Source: Candidatus Humimicrobiia bacterium (GTDB taxonomy: Bacteria; Actinomycetota; Humimicrobiia; JAHJRV01). Taken from it: DNA of 64,000 nt. Below, one piece after another: positions 38,536 to 47,763 of the stretch. The position numbers were made by a program, and so were the translations under genes. Under the pieces are notes generated by a model, which was not told the origin of the DNA, searched no databases, and saw only the letters and a program-made list of their open reading frames with translations. The DNA lies in the NCBI GenBank assembly GCA_049647085.1, contig JBARXA010000016.1:310593-374592 (forward strand), in the 5' to 3' direction. Every line of letters starts with the position of its first letter. Positions within the stretch are counted from its first letter, which is position 1.

Positions 38536-40200
38536 TTAATCAAGTTCTTTCAGTCTTTTATACGCAACAGTGCCACCATTACCTGCTTCATAAACTGTTT
38601 TGAAATTTTCCTTATATTTTTCAATTATCGGGTACACATACTTCATAAACCGTTCATTTGTTTTATCCTGTATTATAAAATCAGATTTATTCAAATACTT
38701 TTTTTGTTTTTGTTCATCATCACTATATGGAAATGATATCGTCTCTCTATTAGTTATAATATAAACTAAGAAATTACTCCTGCTAAGTATTGAACTGCCA
38801 TCATAAGAATTTTCCTTTAACCAATACATTGCATCATAGAAATTCTCCCATGATTTACCATATATAAATTTTTTATTATTTTTATAATCAAGACTCTTAT
38901 TTATTACTAAATATCCACCATAGATACTTCCAGTTAAAAATATAATAAAAGTTAGTATTAAAACTGTTGATGCAAATATTTTAATTATTTTTTTTGTTGA
39001 AATTTTTAGTATTATCTCTTTAAAAAACAAGACCCCACTTGAAAAAAGAATGATTAAAATAGGAATTACGCAAACCGTAAGTCTTTCTGATTGCCATGGC
39101 CACATATGAAGACCGATAAAATAAAGTATTAAATATATTGTATAAATATATTTCTTCTTTTTCAAGAAATAAATAATTCCTAAAATAACTAAGATTATAG
39201 AAAGTAAAATTGCAATAAAATATAAATCTTTAATTTTTAATATTTCAAAAAAATTTGAAATATTCCCTTTTAAAATATCTTTTAAGCCATTTGTCAGTTG
39301 CGAAAAAACTGCTTTAAAATAATAATCGAAATTTGATTTTGCTCTTTCAAAAAATTTTATAAAATCTATATTTCCTTCGGAATAGTCACTGAGATTGACC
39401 TTGAAAAACTCACTTACATAGCTAACTTTATTTGAAATCATTGCTCTTAAGTTCCACAAAATAACTGGTACTAATGTAAATACAAAATAAATTCCTGATC
39501 TAATTTTGTTCTCACTTAAAAAGATTTGTATAAATATTGCAAGGATGATGAAAATACCAATTGGTCTGATTAAAAATGTAAATATTGAAAAAAATATCAA
39601 TAAAATAAAATTAAGATTGAGATGCTTTTTTATTCTCTCAAATAAATTATTTTTATCCTCAGAATGTTTGTCATTGTCATCCTGAGCATAGCGAAGGATC
39701 TCAAAATTAAGATTTAACCTACTACTTTCATTCTCAGAATAATTACTCTTACTATTGTTTAAGTATTTAATATTACTTTCTTCGCTAATCTCTCTATAAT
39801 TTAAGTTATAAAAATATAAAGTGATAAGAAGAAAAAGATTATATACAGTCTCTGTCATTACTTTTGATGAGAAACTTAGAAGTTCAGGATGAGTTATAAA
39901 AAAAATTGATGCCAGCAATAAAGTTAATCTATCCAGATCCTTTTTTGCTACAAGATAGAAAAATAATACTGAAAGAATAAAACATGAAACTACAATTATT
40001 TTAGATACTATTAAAATATTTGATTCAATAAATTTAGAACCTAAAATAAAATAAAAAAATGATAATATAAGTGGAAAACCTGGATATGCCTTGTAATCAG
40101 GAGGATTTTCTGGATAATTTATTAATTTAAATCCAATTCCTTGAGAAATGGATTTTCCAAGTATCATATATCTTGCATTATCACCAAAACAAGATAACAC
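38536..40200 (-). CDS. glycosyltransferase family 39/83-like membrane protein (ArnT/PMT-like); 5' end uncertain
   Basis: Polytopic membrane protein with a DNARY-type motif near the N-terminus. A predicted TM helix lies in frame upstream of the track ATG with no ATG; contains an in-frame repeat-family insert. Confidence 0.55.
   Translation of the reverse strand: MLSCFGDNARYMILGKSISQGIGFKLINYPENPPDYKAYPGFPLILSFFYFILGSKFIESNILIVSKIIVVSCFILSVLFFYLVAKKDLDRLTLLLASIFFITHPELLSFSSKVMTETVYNLFLLITLYFYNLNYREISEESNIKYLNNSKSNYSENESSRLNLNFEILRYAQDDNDKHSEDKNNLFERIKKHLNLNFILLIFFSIFTFLIRPIGIFIILAIFIQIFLSENKIRSGIYFVFTLVPVILWNLRAMISNKVSYVSEFFKVNLSDYSEGNIDFIKFFERAKSNFDYYFKAVFSQLTNGLKDILKGNISNFFEILKIKDLYFIAILLSIILVILGIIYFLKKKKYIYTIYLILYFIGLHMWPWQSERLTVCVIPILIILFSSGVLFFKEIILKISTKKIIKIFASTVLILTFIIFLTGSIYGGYLVINKSLDYKNNKKFIYGKSWENFYDAMYWLKENSYDGSSILSRSNFLVYIITNRETISFPYSDDEQKQKKYLNKSDFIIQDKTNERFMKYVYPIIEKYKENFKTVYEAGNGGTVAYKRLKELD
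39670..39702. repeat. repeat-family unit inserted in-frame within the glycosyltransferase CDS
   Basis: GTCATTGTCATCCTGAGCATAGCGAAGGATCTC; 33 nt, encodes EILRYAQDDND in a low-complexity loop. Confidence 0.5.
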
Positions 40201-40338
40201 TGGATTAAATGCTAAAATAGCTAAGAATAATGCTAAAAGAAGTATAAATATTAACTCAAGGTTTATTCTTTTAATTTATAGCTCACCTTTCTAAATAATC
40301 AAAATCTTTTTAAGTACTGATTAATATTATTTAAGTTT

Positions 40339-41130
40339 TTATAATTTTTTCAAACTTTTTTTATAATTTACAATATCAATAAAGTCCTGTGCATTTAAAC
40401 TTGCACCACCGACTAATACTCCATCTATCTCAGGTTGAACCATAATCGGTACAATATTAAAAGGTTTTACGCTCCCACCGTATTGGATTCTTATTTTTTC
40501 AGAAATTATTGGAGAAAATAGTCTACTTATTCTTTGTCTTATGAATGAAATCATGAAATTAGCATCTTCAGGAGTTGATGTTTTTCCTGTTCCAATTGCC
40601 CATATTGGCTCATAGGCAATAACAATATTTTGAATATAATCTTTATTTAAACCCTTCAAACAATTGTTCAATTGTTCCCTAACATATTGCTTCTGTCTTC
40701 CTAGTTCTCTAATTTTAAGAGGTTCTCCAACACAAAGGATAGGGTTTATATTGACATCGAGTGCTTTTTTTAATTTTTTATTTATTAATTCATCAATTTC
40801 ATCAAAATATTGCCTTCTCTCAGAGTGACCAATTATGACATATTCAACATTAAGCGCTTTCAACATAACTGGTGATATCTCACCTGTAAATGGACCTTCT
40901 GACATATAATGCATATTCTGAGCCCCTAATTTTATCTTCATCTTATCAGCTTCTATAACAGTCTTAATGCTTCTTATTGCTGTAAAAGGAGGAATAACAA
41001 CGACCTCAGCATCTTGATCTTTATCTATGCCATAATTTATTTCCTGAACAAGTTTAACTCCCTTAAGATGAGTCTTAAACATCTTCCAATTTCCTGCTAT
41101 TATTGGTCTTCTAATTTTTTCATTTACCAT
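40339..41130 (-). CDS. tpiA: triosephosphate isomerase
   Basis: IAGNWKM N-terminal motif, GHSERR active-site region. Confidence 0.93.
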   Translation of the reverse strand: MVNEKIRRPIIAGNWKMFKTHLKGVKLVQEINYGIDKDQDAEVVVIPPFTAIRSIKTVIEADKMKIKLGAQNMHYMSEGPFTGEISPVMLKALNVEYVIIGHSERRQYFDEIDELINKKLKKALDVNINPILCVGEPLKIRELGRQKQYVREQLNNCLKGLNKDYIQNIVIAYEPIWAIGTGKTSTPEDANFMISFIRQRISRLFSPIISEKIRIQYGGSVKPFNIVPIMVQPEIDGVLVGGASLNAQDFIDIVNYKKSLKKL

Positions 41131-41158
41131 TTATTTCCCTATTCTTAAAATTAACATT

Positions 41159-42343
41159 TTATTTGTTATTTAATGCTTCTACTGCTGGTAGTTTTACACC
41201 TTCAAGAAATTTTAATGATGCACCACCACCAGTTGTAATGTAACTGATTTTATCTGCAACCCTATACTTTTTTACTGCTGCTATTGTATCTCCTCCACCC
41301 ACTACAGTTTTTGCTTTACTTTCTATAACTGCGTAAGCAATTTCCTTTGTTCCTTTTTCAAACGATTCCCACTCAAATACTCCCATAGGACCATTCCACA
41401 AAATAGTTTTTGCTTTTAATATCTCTTCTTTATATTTATCGATTGTCCCTGAACCAATATCTAATCCTAACCAATCCTCAGGAATCTCTTCTATATTTAC
41501 TGTTTTAAAAATTGAATCATGTTTGAATTCTTTAGCCACAACAACATCCTCTGGCAACATGAATTTCTTTCCCTTATCTTTACATTCATCTAAAACTTGC
41601 TTACAGTATTCAAGCATCTCCTCTTCTAGTAAGGAATTCCCAATTTCAAAACCTATAGATTTTAGGAATGTATAACACATTCCACCTCCTGCAATCACAG
41701 TGTCAACAACATTTAAAAGATTCCTAACAACTCCAATTTTGTCTGAGATTTTACTGCCTCCTAAAATTACAACAAAGGGATGTTTTGGTTTTTTAAGTAG
41801 AGAAGAAAGTGTTCTTAGTTCTTTTTCCAATAAAAGACCCGTTACGGATGGTATATATTTACAAATACCTACCATAGATGCATGTTTTCTGTGTGAAGTG
41901 CCAAAAGCATCATTTACATATATATCTGCAAGTTCTGCAAGTTCTCTTGAGAAATTATCGTCATTACTTTTTTCACGCTGGTCAAATCTCAGATTCTCTA
42001 AAAGTAAAATATCACCGCTTTTTAAATCTTTTACCTCATTTTTAACCTTATCAGAAATAACATAATCCATCTTCTTTATTTCTTTATTAAGATGTTTCCC
42101 TAAAGCTATTGCCACAGGATCCATTTTTAGTTTTTCAACAAACTTTCCTTTAGGTCTTCCAAGATGTGATGCAAGAATAATTTTCGCATTATTTTTTATT
42201 AGATAATCAATTGTTGGTAAAGATAATATTATTCTAGTTTCATCAGTGATATTACCTTCATCATCTAAAGGGACATTTAAATCTTCTCTAACAAAAACTG
42301 TCTTATTTTCAATATCAATATCCCTTATGGATTTCTTATTCAT
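41159..42343 (-). CDS. pgk: phosphoglycerate kinase
   Basis: 394 aa; VREDLNVPLD N-terminal motif and ASHLGRPKG. Confidence 0.93.
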   Translation of the reverse strand: MNKKSIRDIDIENKTVFVREDLNVPLDDEGNITDETRIILSLPTIDYLIKNNAKIILASHLGRPKGKFVEKLKMDPVAIALGKHLNKEIKKMDYVISDKVKNEVKDLKSGDILLLENLRFDQREKSNDDNFSRELAELADIYVNDAFGTSHRKHASMVGICKYIPSVTGLLLEKELRTLSSLLKKPKHPFVVILGGSKISDKIGVVRNLLNVVDTVIAGGGMCYTFLKSIGFEIGNSLLEEEMLEYCKQVLDECKDKGKKFMLPEDVVVAKEFKHDSIFKTVNIEEIPEDWLGLDIGSGTIDKYKEEILKAKTILWNGPMGVFEWESFEKGTKEIAYAVIESKAKTVVGGGDTIAAVKKYRVADKISYITTGGGASLKFLEGVKLPAVEALNNK

Positions 42344-42382
42344 ACAATAATCCTTAAAATTTGTATTAAATATAATTTGGAA

Positions 42383-43387
42383 TTAGTAACCTTTTTTTGC
42401 AATGTATTTGATAAGGTCATTTACTCTCTTTGAGTAAGCCATTTCATTATCATACCATCCAAGAACTTTCACCATATTACCAATTACCATAGTTGCTAAT
42501 GAATCATAGACTGAAGAATATAAATTCCCTATTACATCACATGAAACTAATGGTTCATCACTATATTGTAAAAATCCCTTAAGAGGTGGTTCTTCTGATG
42601 CTTTTTTCATAGCTTGGTTTACTTCTTCAACTGTCACATCTCTTTCTAAGAAAGCTACAAAATCAACTATTGAACCATCATGGACTGGAACTCTCATAGC
42701 CATTCCATCCATTTTACCCTTGAGTTCTGGTATAACTAAAGTTGTTGCAATAGCTGCCCCTGTCGTTGTTGGAATTATATTCATTGCTGCTGATCTGGCT
42801 CTTCTCTTATCTTTGTGTGGACCATCTACCAAATTTTGGTCACTAGTGTATGCATGAATCGTTGTCATAAAACCTTTCTGGATTCCAAAATTCTCATTTA
42901 GAACTTTCGCTAATGGGGCAATACAATTTGTAGTACAAGATGCACCGGATATAATATTATGATTTTCTGGGTCATACATTTCATGATTAACTCCCATTAC
43001 TAAAGTAATATCAGGATTTGTTGCTGGTGCACTTATTATTACTTTCTTTGCTCCAGCATCCAGATGCTTTTTTGCATCTTCTCTCTTTCTAAAAAATCCT
43101 GTTGATTCTATTACAATATCTACTCCTAATTCATCCCAGGGAAGTTGTGCTGGATCTCTAACACAAAGAGCTTTTACTTCTCTATCACGAATAAAGATTT
43201 TATCACCTTTGACTTCTACATTTGCTATTCTCCCATGCGTTGAATCATACTCTAACAAGAATGCTAAAACCTCGGGAGTAGTGATATCATTAACAGCTAC
43301 AAAATCTATTTCCTTGTCATCTATTCCAGCTTTAAAAACACATCTTCCAATTCTTCCAAATCCATTTATACCAACTCTTATTGCCAT
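42383..43387 (-). CDS. gap: glyceraldehyde-3-phosphate dehydrogenase
   Basis: INGFGRIGR NAD-binding motif, ASCTTNC catalytic cysteine motif. Confidence 0.93.
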   Translation of the reverse strand: MAIRVGINGFGRIGRCVFKAGIDDKEIDFVAVNDITTPEVLAFLLEYDSTHGRIANVEVKGDKIFIRDREVKALCVRDPAQLPWDELGVDIVIESTGFFRKREDAKKHLDAGAKKVIISAPATNPDITLVMGVNHEMYDPENHNIISGASCTTNCIAPLAKVLNENFGIQKGFMTTIHAYTSDQNLVDGPHKDKRRARSAAMNIIPTTTGAAIATTLVIPELKGKMDGMAMRVPVHDGSIVDFVAFLERDVTVEEVNQAMKKASEEPPLKGFLQYSDEPLVSCDVIGNLYSSVYDSLATMVIGNMVKVLGWYDNEMAYSKRVNDLIKYIAKKGY

Positions 43388-43485
43388 TTAATTTTCTCCT
43401 TTCTTTTAAAAATGTTTATTTTAAATTTAAAAATTAATATTAAGGAAAATCTTATCATTTTACCAGATTCTTTAATATATTTGAT

Positions 43486-43520
43486 GAGATTGCTTCGTCG
43501 CTTACGCTCCTCGCAATGAC
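43486..43520 (-). repeat. 35-nt unit of the GTCATTGCGAG...GCAATCTC family (reverse orientation)
   Basis: Plus strand GAGATTGCTTCGTCGCTTACGCTCCTCGCAATGAC; between gap and whiA. Confidence 0.6.
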
Positions 43521-43561
43521 AAATAAATAACAGATATCATCTATAGGGTTTCTAATATTTT

Positions 43562-44500
43562 TTATAGGCTTTCTACTATTTTTTGTATCCTTCTTAATCT
43601 ATTATTAACTGCAGATTTTGAAATTATTTTCGAACCCAGTTTCCCCAACTCTAATAAAGATGCTTGAGGATACTCAAGTCTAATATAAGAAATTTCCCTA
43701 AGAGCTTCTGGAAGCAAATCAAGACCTATAGAATTATCTATTTTTATAATATTATCAATCTGTTTATAAGATGCTTTTATAGTTTTATTAAGATTTGCTG
43801 CTTCAAAATTAACAATTCTTTTTATATAACTTTTCGCTTCTTTTAATACTTTAATGCTTTCCAAATTTAAAACTGTTCCATGAGCTCCAATTAATTTAAG
43901 AAAATTAAAAATATCCTCACTCTTTTTTAGATAAACAACAAAAAATCCTCTTCTTTTGTATATCTTAGGATTAATATGAAATCTGTTAAGAATTTTTAAT
44001 ATATATTTTGCATCATCTTGGCTGTTAGTTAAGATCTCTAAATGATATCCACTTTCTGGTTTTGATATATAACCTCTACTATAAAAACAGCTTCTTAAAA
44101 AAGATATTTTACAACATTTTTTCCTGATAAAATCTGAAGATATTTTATCTCTTACCTCAAAGTTATCATCTAAATATTTTAACATCTTTAGAAACTTAGC
44201 TGTTTTTTTCTGAAAAGGTATCTCTATAAAATATCTCTTTCTTTTGTTCCTGTAACTATTAAATTTTATATAAGTATTTATTTCTTCTTTAAATAGCTTT
44301 TTAATTAAAGTGATTATTTTCCGAGCAACTGAAGCATTTTCTGTTCTTATCTTTATACCAAAATTCTGTTTTTCTTTTTTTATACGCCCGGACATTCTTA
44401 TCGCAACATATAGTTCTGCTTTTTGACAGCAAATCTTTTTTGGTATTTCCCGAGCTAATTCATCCTTTACGCAAGATGAGAAACTTTTAATTTTCCCCAT
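43562..44500 (-). CDS. whiA: DNA-binding protein WhiA
   Basis: 312 aa; N-terminal CVKDELA motif and C-terminal HTH region characteristic of WhiA; adjacent to rapZ. Confidence 0.8.
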   Translation of the reverse strand: MGKIKSFSSCVKDELAREIPKKICCQKAELYVAIRMSGRIKKEKQNFGIKIRTENASVARKIITLIKKLFKEEINTYIKFNSYRNKRKRYFIEIPFQKKTAKFLKMLKYLDDNFEVRDKISSDFIRKKCCKISFLRSCFYSRGYISKPESGYHLEILTNSQDDAKYILKILNRFHINPKIYKRRGFFVVYLKKSEDIFNFLKLIGAHGTVLNLESIKVLKEAKSYIKRIVNFEAANLNKTIKASYKQIDNIIKIDNSIGLDLLPEALREISYIRLEYPQASLLELGKLGSKIISKSAVNNRLRRIQKIVESL

Positions 44501-45369
44501 TATTGTAAATCCCTATGATCAATTATAAGTTCATAACCTTGCTCTTTTAAAAAATCAAAAATTTCTTTAGCAATCACTACAGATCTATGTCTTCCCCCTG
44601 TACAACCTATTGCAATTTTTAAATAATTCTTTCCCTCTAAAATATAATTAGGAATTGTATAAGATAATAACTTACTAAAAATTTTTAAAAATTTCTCTGT
44701 CTCTTTTTTACTCATAACAAAATCATAAACTTCCTTATCCAACCCACTTTTTAATTTCAATGATTCTACATAATTAGGATTAGGTAAAAAACGAACATCC
44801 ATCACTAAGTCAGCATCCCATGGAATCCCTAAACTATATCCAAAAGATACTACCTGTATCTGCATTCTTTCTCTTTCAAGACCTGATATAATAGTATTAT
44901 TTATCCTATTTTTAAGCTCCATCGGAGTGAGATGAGATGTATCAATTACAATATTAGCTGTCTCTCTTAAAAATTTCATTCTTTCCTTTTCAATACGAAT
45001 TCCCTTTAATACATTAGCATTTTTTACTAATGGGTGAGTTCTTCTTGTTTCTTTAAATCTCTTAACTAAAGTCTCATCACCTGCCCATAAGAAAAGAATC
45101 TGATAATCTATATTTTTTTTATTTAAGTCTTTTAATACATTAGGTAGTTGATCAAAAAAATCCCTGCTACGGACATCTATAACAAGTGCTAATTTATCAA
45201 TTTTACTTCCTGGAAGTGAACATATATTTATTAAATCTAAAAATAAGGATGATGGCAGATTATCTATACAAAAATAGCCTGCATCTTCAAAGCATCTCAT
45301 AGCTAAGGTTCTACCTGCGCCAGAGAGTCCTGTTATTATTATTGTTTTTAAACCTTCACTTTTTTCCAT
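44500..45369 (-). CDS. rapZ: RNase adapter protein RapZ (YvcJ-like P-loop NTPase)
   Basis: Walker A GLSGAGRT near the N-terminus; C-terminal GCTGGRHRS motif. Confidence 0.8.
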   Translation of the reverse strand: MEKSEGLKTIIITGLSGAGRTLAMRCFEDAGYFCIDNLPSSLFLDLINICSLPGSKIDKLALVIDVRSRDFFDQLPNVLKDLNKKNIDYQILFLWAGDETLVKRFKETRRTHPLVKNANVLKGIRIEKERMKFLRETANIVIDTSHLTPMELKNRINNTIISGLERERMQIQVVSFGYSLGIPWDADLVMDVRFLPNPNYVESLKLKSGLDKEVYDFVMSKKETEKFLKIFSKLLSYTIPNYILEGKNYLKIAIGCTGGRHRSVVIAKEIFDFLKEQGYELIIDHRDLQ

Positions 45370-45386
45370 AATTATTTCCTGTAATA

Positions 45387-45806
45387 TTATTTTTGCTTAT
45401 CTTTTAATAATTTATATAAAACAGAATTTATAATACTTATTGCCAGTGCTCCAAGAAAATATCCCCAGAAGCCAAATACAGAAAATCCCTCAACGAAGTG
45501 ATCCACAATCCAGAGCATTGCAGCATTTATTATTAAAGAAAAAAGACCTAATGTTAAAATATTTATAGGAAGTGTTAAAACCTTAACTATAGGTCTGATT
45601 ATTAAATTTACTAATGCCAAAACAATTGCTGTGAAAAGGGCTGATAATAGTTTAGCATTACCTTCACCCTCAAGATGAATCATATTATCAGGAAATATAT
45701 AAGTAACTATAATAATCGCGAGAGTTAAAGTTATTATCCTGATTAACATATTTTTCATAAGCAATTCTCCTCGCTTTTTTACCATTATAGTAATGTTGTT
45801 ATTCAA
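45387..45806 (-). CDS. small membrane protein (phage-holin-4-like family)
   Basis: About 4 TM helices; start may be the internal MKNMLIRI. Confidence 0.45.
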   Translation of the reverse strand: MNNNITIMVKKRGELLMKNMLIRIITLTLAIIIVTYIFPDNMIHLEGEGNAKLLSALFTAIVLALVNLIIRPIVKVLTLPINILTLGLFSLIINAAMLWIVDHFVEGFSVFGFWGYFLGALAISIINSVLYKLLKDKQK

Positions 45807-45855
45807 AAATTAAGTATATCATATTAATTAAAATTAAATGATAGTCAAAATAGGA

Positions 45856-47763
45856 TTAAAAGCGGTGAAAATGTCTATATATTCTTTGAGCGACTTTAGA
45901 AGGTATTCCTTTAATATCATATAGTTCTTGAAGTGTTGCTTTTGCAACATATTCTGCTGAACTAAAATGTTTAATCAATTTTGCTTTTCTTTTTGGACCA
46001 ACTCCATAAATTTTATCAAGAATTGATGTTATCATATCTTTGTTTCTAAGATTTCTGTGATAAGAAATGGCAAAGCGATGAGCTTCATCTCTAATATTTT
46101 TTAAAAGTAAGAGCGCTGATGAATTTTTTTTAAGTATGAGAGGATATTTCTTGTTTAATAAATGTATTTTATCAGGTTTTTTAGATAGTCCAATAACAAA
46201 GATATTTTCTAAACCTAATTCTTTTAAAACTCTTTTTGTAATTTGCAGTTGACCCTTTCCACCATCTATTATCACAAGATCAGGGATCAAATCAAATGCA
46301 TTAAATTCTTTATATTCCTTTTTATAAACTTTATTATCTTTTTTATATTTGTAGGTTTTTTCATCTATCTTATATGGATATACTAACTTTTTAAATCTTC
46401 TCTCAATTACTTCACTTATCATATGAAGATCGTCTTTAACAGATATATTTTTTATTTTAAATCTCCTATATTGTGATTTCTTACAAATACCATTTAAAAA
46501 TACAACCATTGAGCCAACAGAATGAGAACCTGCTAATGTTGATATATCATAACATTCAATCCTGTAAGGAATTGAACTAAGACTTAATCTATTTTTTAAT
46601 GAAACAAGTGCATCTTTCTCCCTCATTTTTTTTAGCTTTTCCTTGTTCAGAAATTGCTTAATTTCAATTTCAGCATTTTTTTCTGCTAACTCTACTAATC
46701 TTCTTTTCTCCCCTCTTCTCGGAATCTTTATGTCAATATATATTTCCTTTTTCATGCTCAACCAATTTTTTATGATCTCCATTTCATAAATATTTGTTGA
46801 TAAAATAATCTCCTTAGGATATCTAAAAGCTGAATTATAATACTGTTTGATAAAGAGAGTAAGGAGCTCGCTTTTATCAAACTCTGATGTCTTTTCTAAA
46901 ATAAAGCAATCTTTACCTAATAAAAATCCCTCTCTTATTGTAAAAAGTTCAACACATGCTATGTCTTCGTTTAATACAATAGCTAATATATCAATATCCA
47001 GTCTTTGTATTGTTGCAACTTTTTGTTTCTGAGTAAGTTCATTTATTGCAATAAATTGATCTCTATATCTTGCAGCATCCTCAAATCTTTTTTCACTTGA
47101 TGCTAACTTCATAGATTTCTCTAAACCTTGCTTGATTTCTTTTCTTCTTCCATTAAGAAATTGAATGATTATATTTATTATTTCTTTATATTCTGTTTTT
47201 TTTACTTTCCCGGTACACGGAGCTAAGCATCTATTTATATGATAATTCAGACACGGTGAACCAGTCTTTTTTCCTGGCTTTGATCCTTTACAACTTCTAA
47301 TTTTAAATTTTTTATGAATCATATCCAAGATTTTTCTGACATTTTGAGGTCTTGTATGGGGACCAAAATAGATATATTTTGGATTGGATGTTTTTCGTGT
47401 AAAAAATACCCGAGGATAATCTTCTAAAATAGAGATAGCAATATAGGGATATCTCTTATCATCTTTTAAATTCACATTATATTTTGGTCTGTGTTCTTTT
47501 ATCAAAGTACTTTCAAGTATTAATGCTTCAACTTCATTATCAGTCACGATGAAATCTAATTTGTCTGCATGAGATAGCATATCAGTTATCTTTGTAGGTA
47601 GTTTTTGAGACTTTTGAAAATAGCTTTTAATCCGTTTCTTTAAGGACTTAGCTTTACCAATATATAAGACTTCCTCTAAAGAATCATAGAATATATAAAC
47701 ACCTGGTTTATCAGGTAAATAATTTAGACTTTCTTTTATCTTTATTGGAGCTTTTCTAAACAT
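45856..47763 (-). CDS. uvrC: excinuclease ABC subunit C
   Basis: 635 aa; N-terminal GIY-YIG region (PGVYIFYD...LYIGKA), C-terminal HhH. Confidence 0.93.
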   Translation of the reverse strand: MFRKAPIKIKESLNYLPDKPGVYIFYDSLEEVLYIGKAKSLKKRIKSYFQKSQKLPTKITDMLSHADKLDFIVTDNEVEALILESTLIKEHRPKYNVNLKDDKRYPYIAISILEDYPRVFFTRKTSNPKYIYFGPHTRPQNVRKILDMIHKKFKIRSCKGSKPGKKTGSPCLNYHINRCLAPCTGKVKKTEYKEIINIIIQFLNGRRKEIKQGLEKSMKLASSEKRFEDAARYRDQFIAINELTQKQKVATIQRLDIDILAIVLNEDIACVELFTIREGFLLGKDCFILEKTSEFDKSELLTLFIKQYYNSAFRYPKEIILSTNIYEMEIIKNWLSMKKEIYIDIKIPRRGEKRRLVELAEKNAEIEIKQFLNKEKLKKMREKDALVSLKNRLSLSSIPYRIECYDISTLAGSHSVGSMVVFLNGICKKSQYRRFKIKNISVKDDLHMISEVIERRFKKLVYPYKIDEKTYKYKKDNKVYKKEYKEFNAFDLIPDLVIIDGGKGQLQITKRVLKELGLENIFVIGLSKKPDKIHLLNKKYPLILKKNSSALLLLKNIRDEAHRFAISYHRNLRNKDMITSILDKIYGVGPKRKAKLIKHFSSAEYVAKATLQELYDIKGIPSKVAQRIYRHFHRF

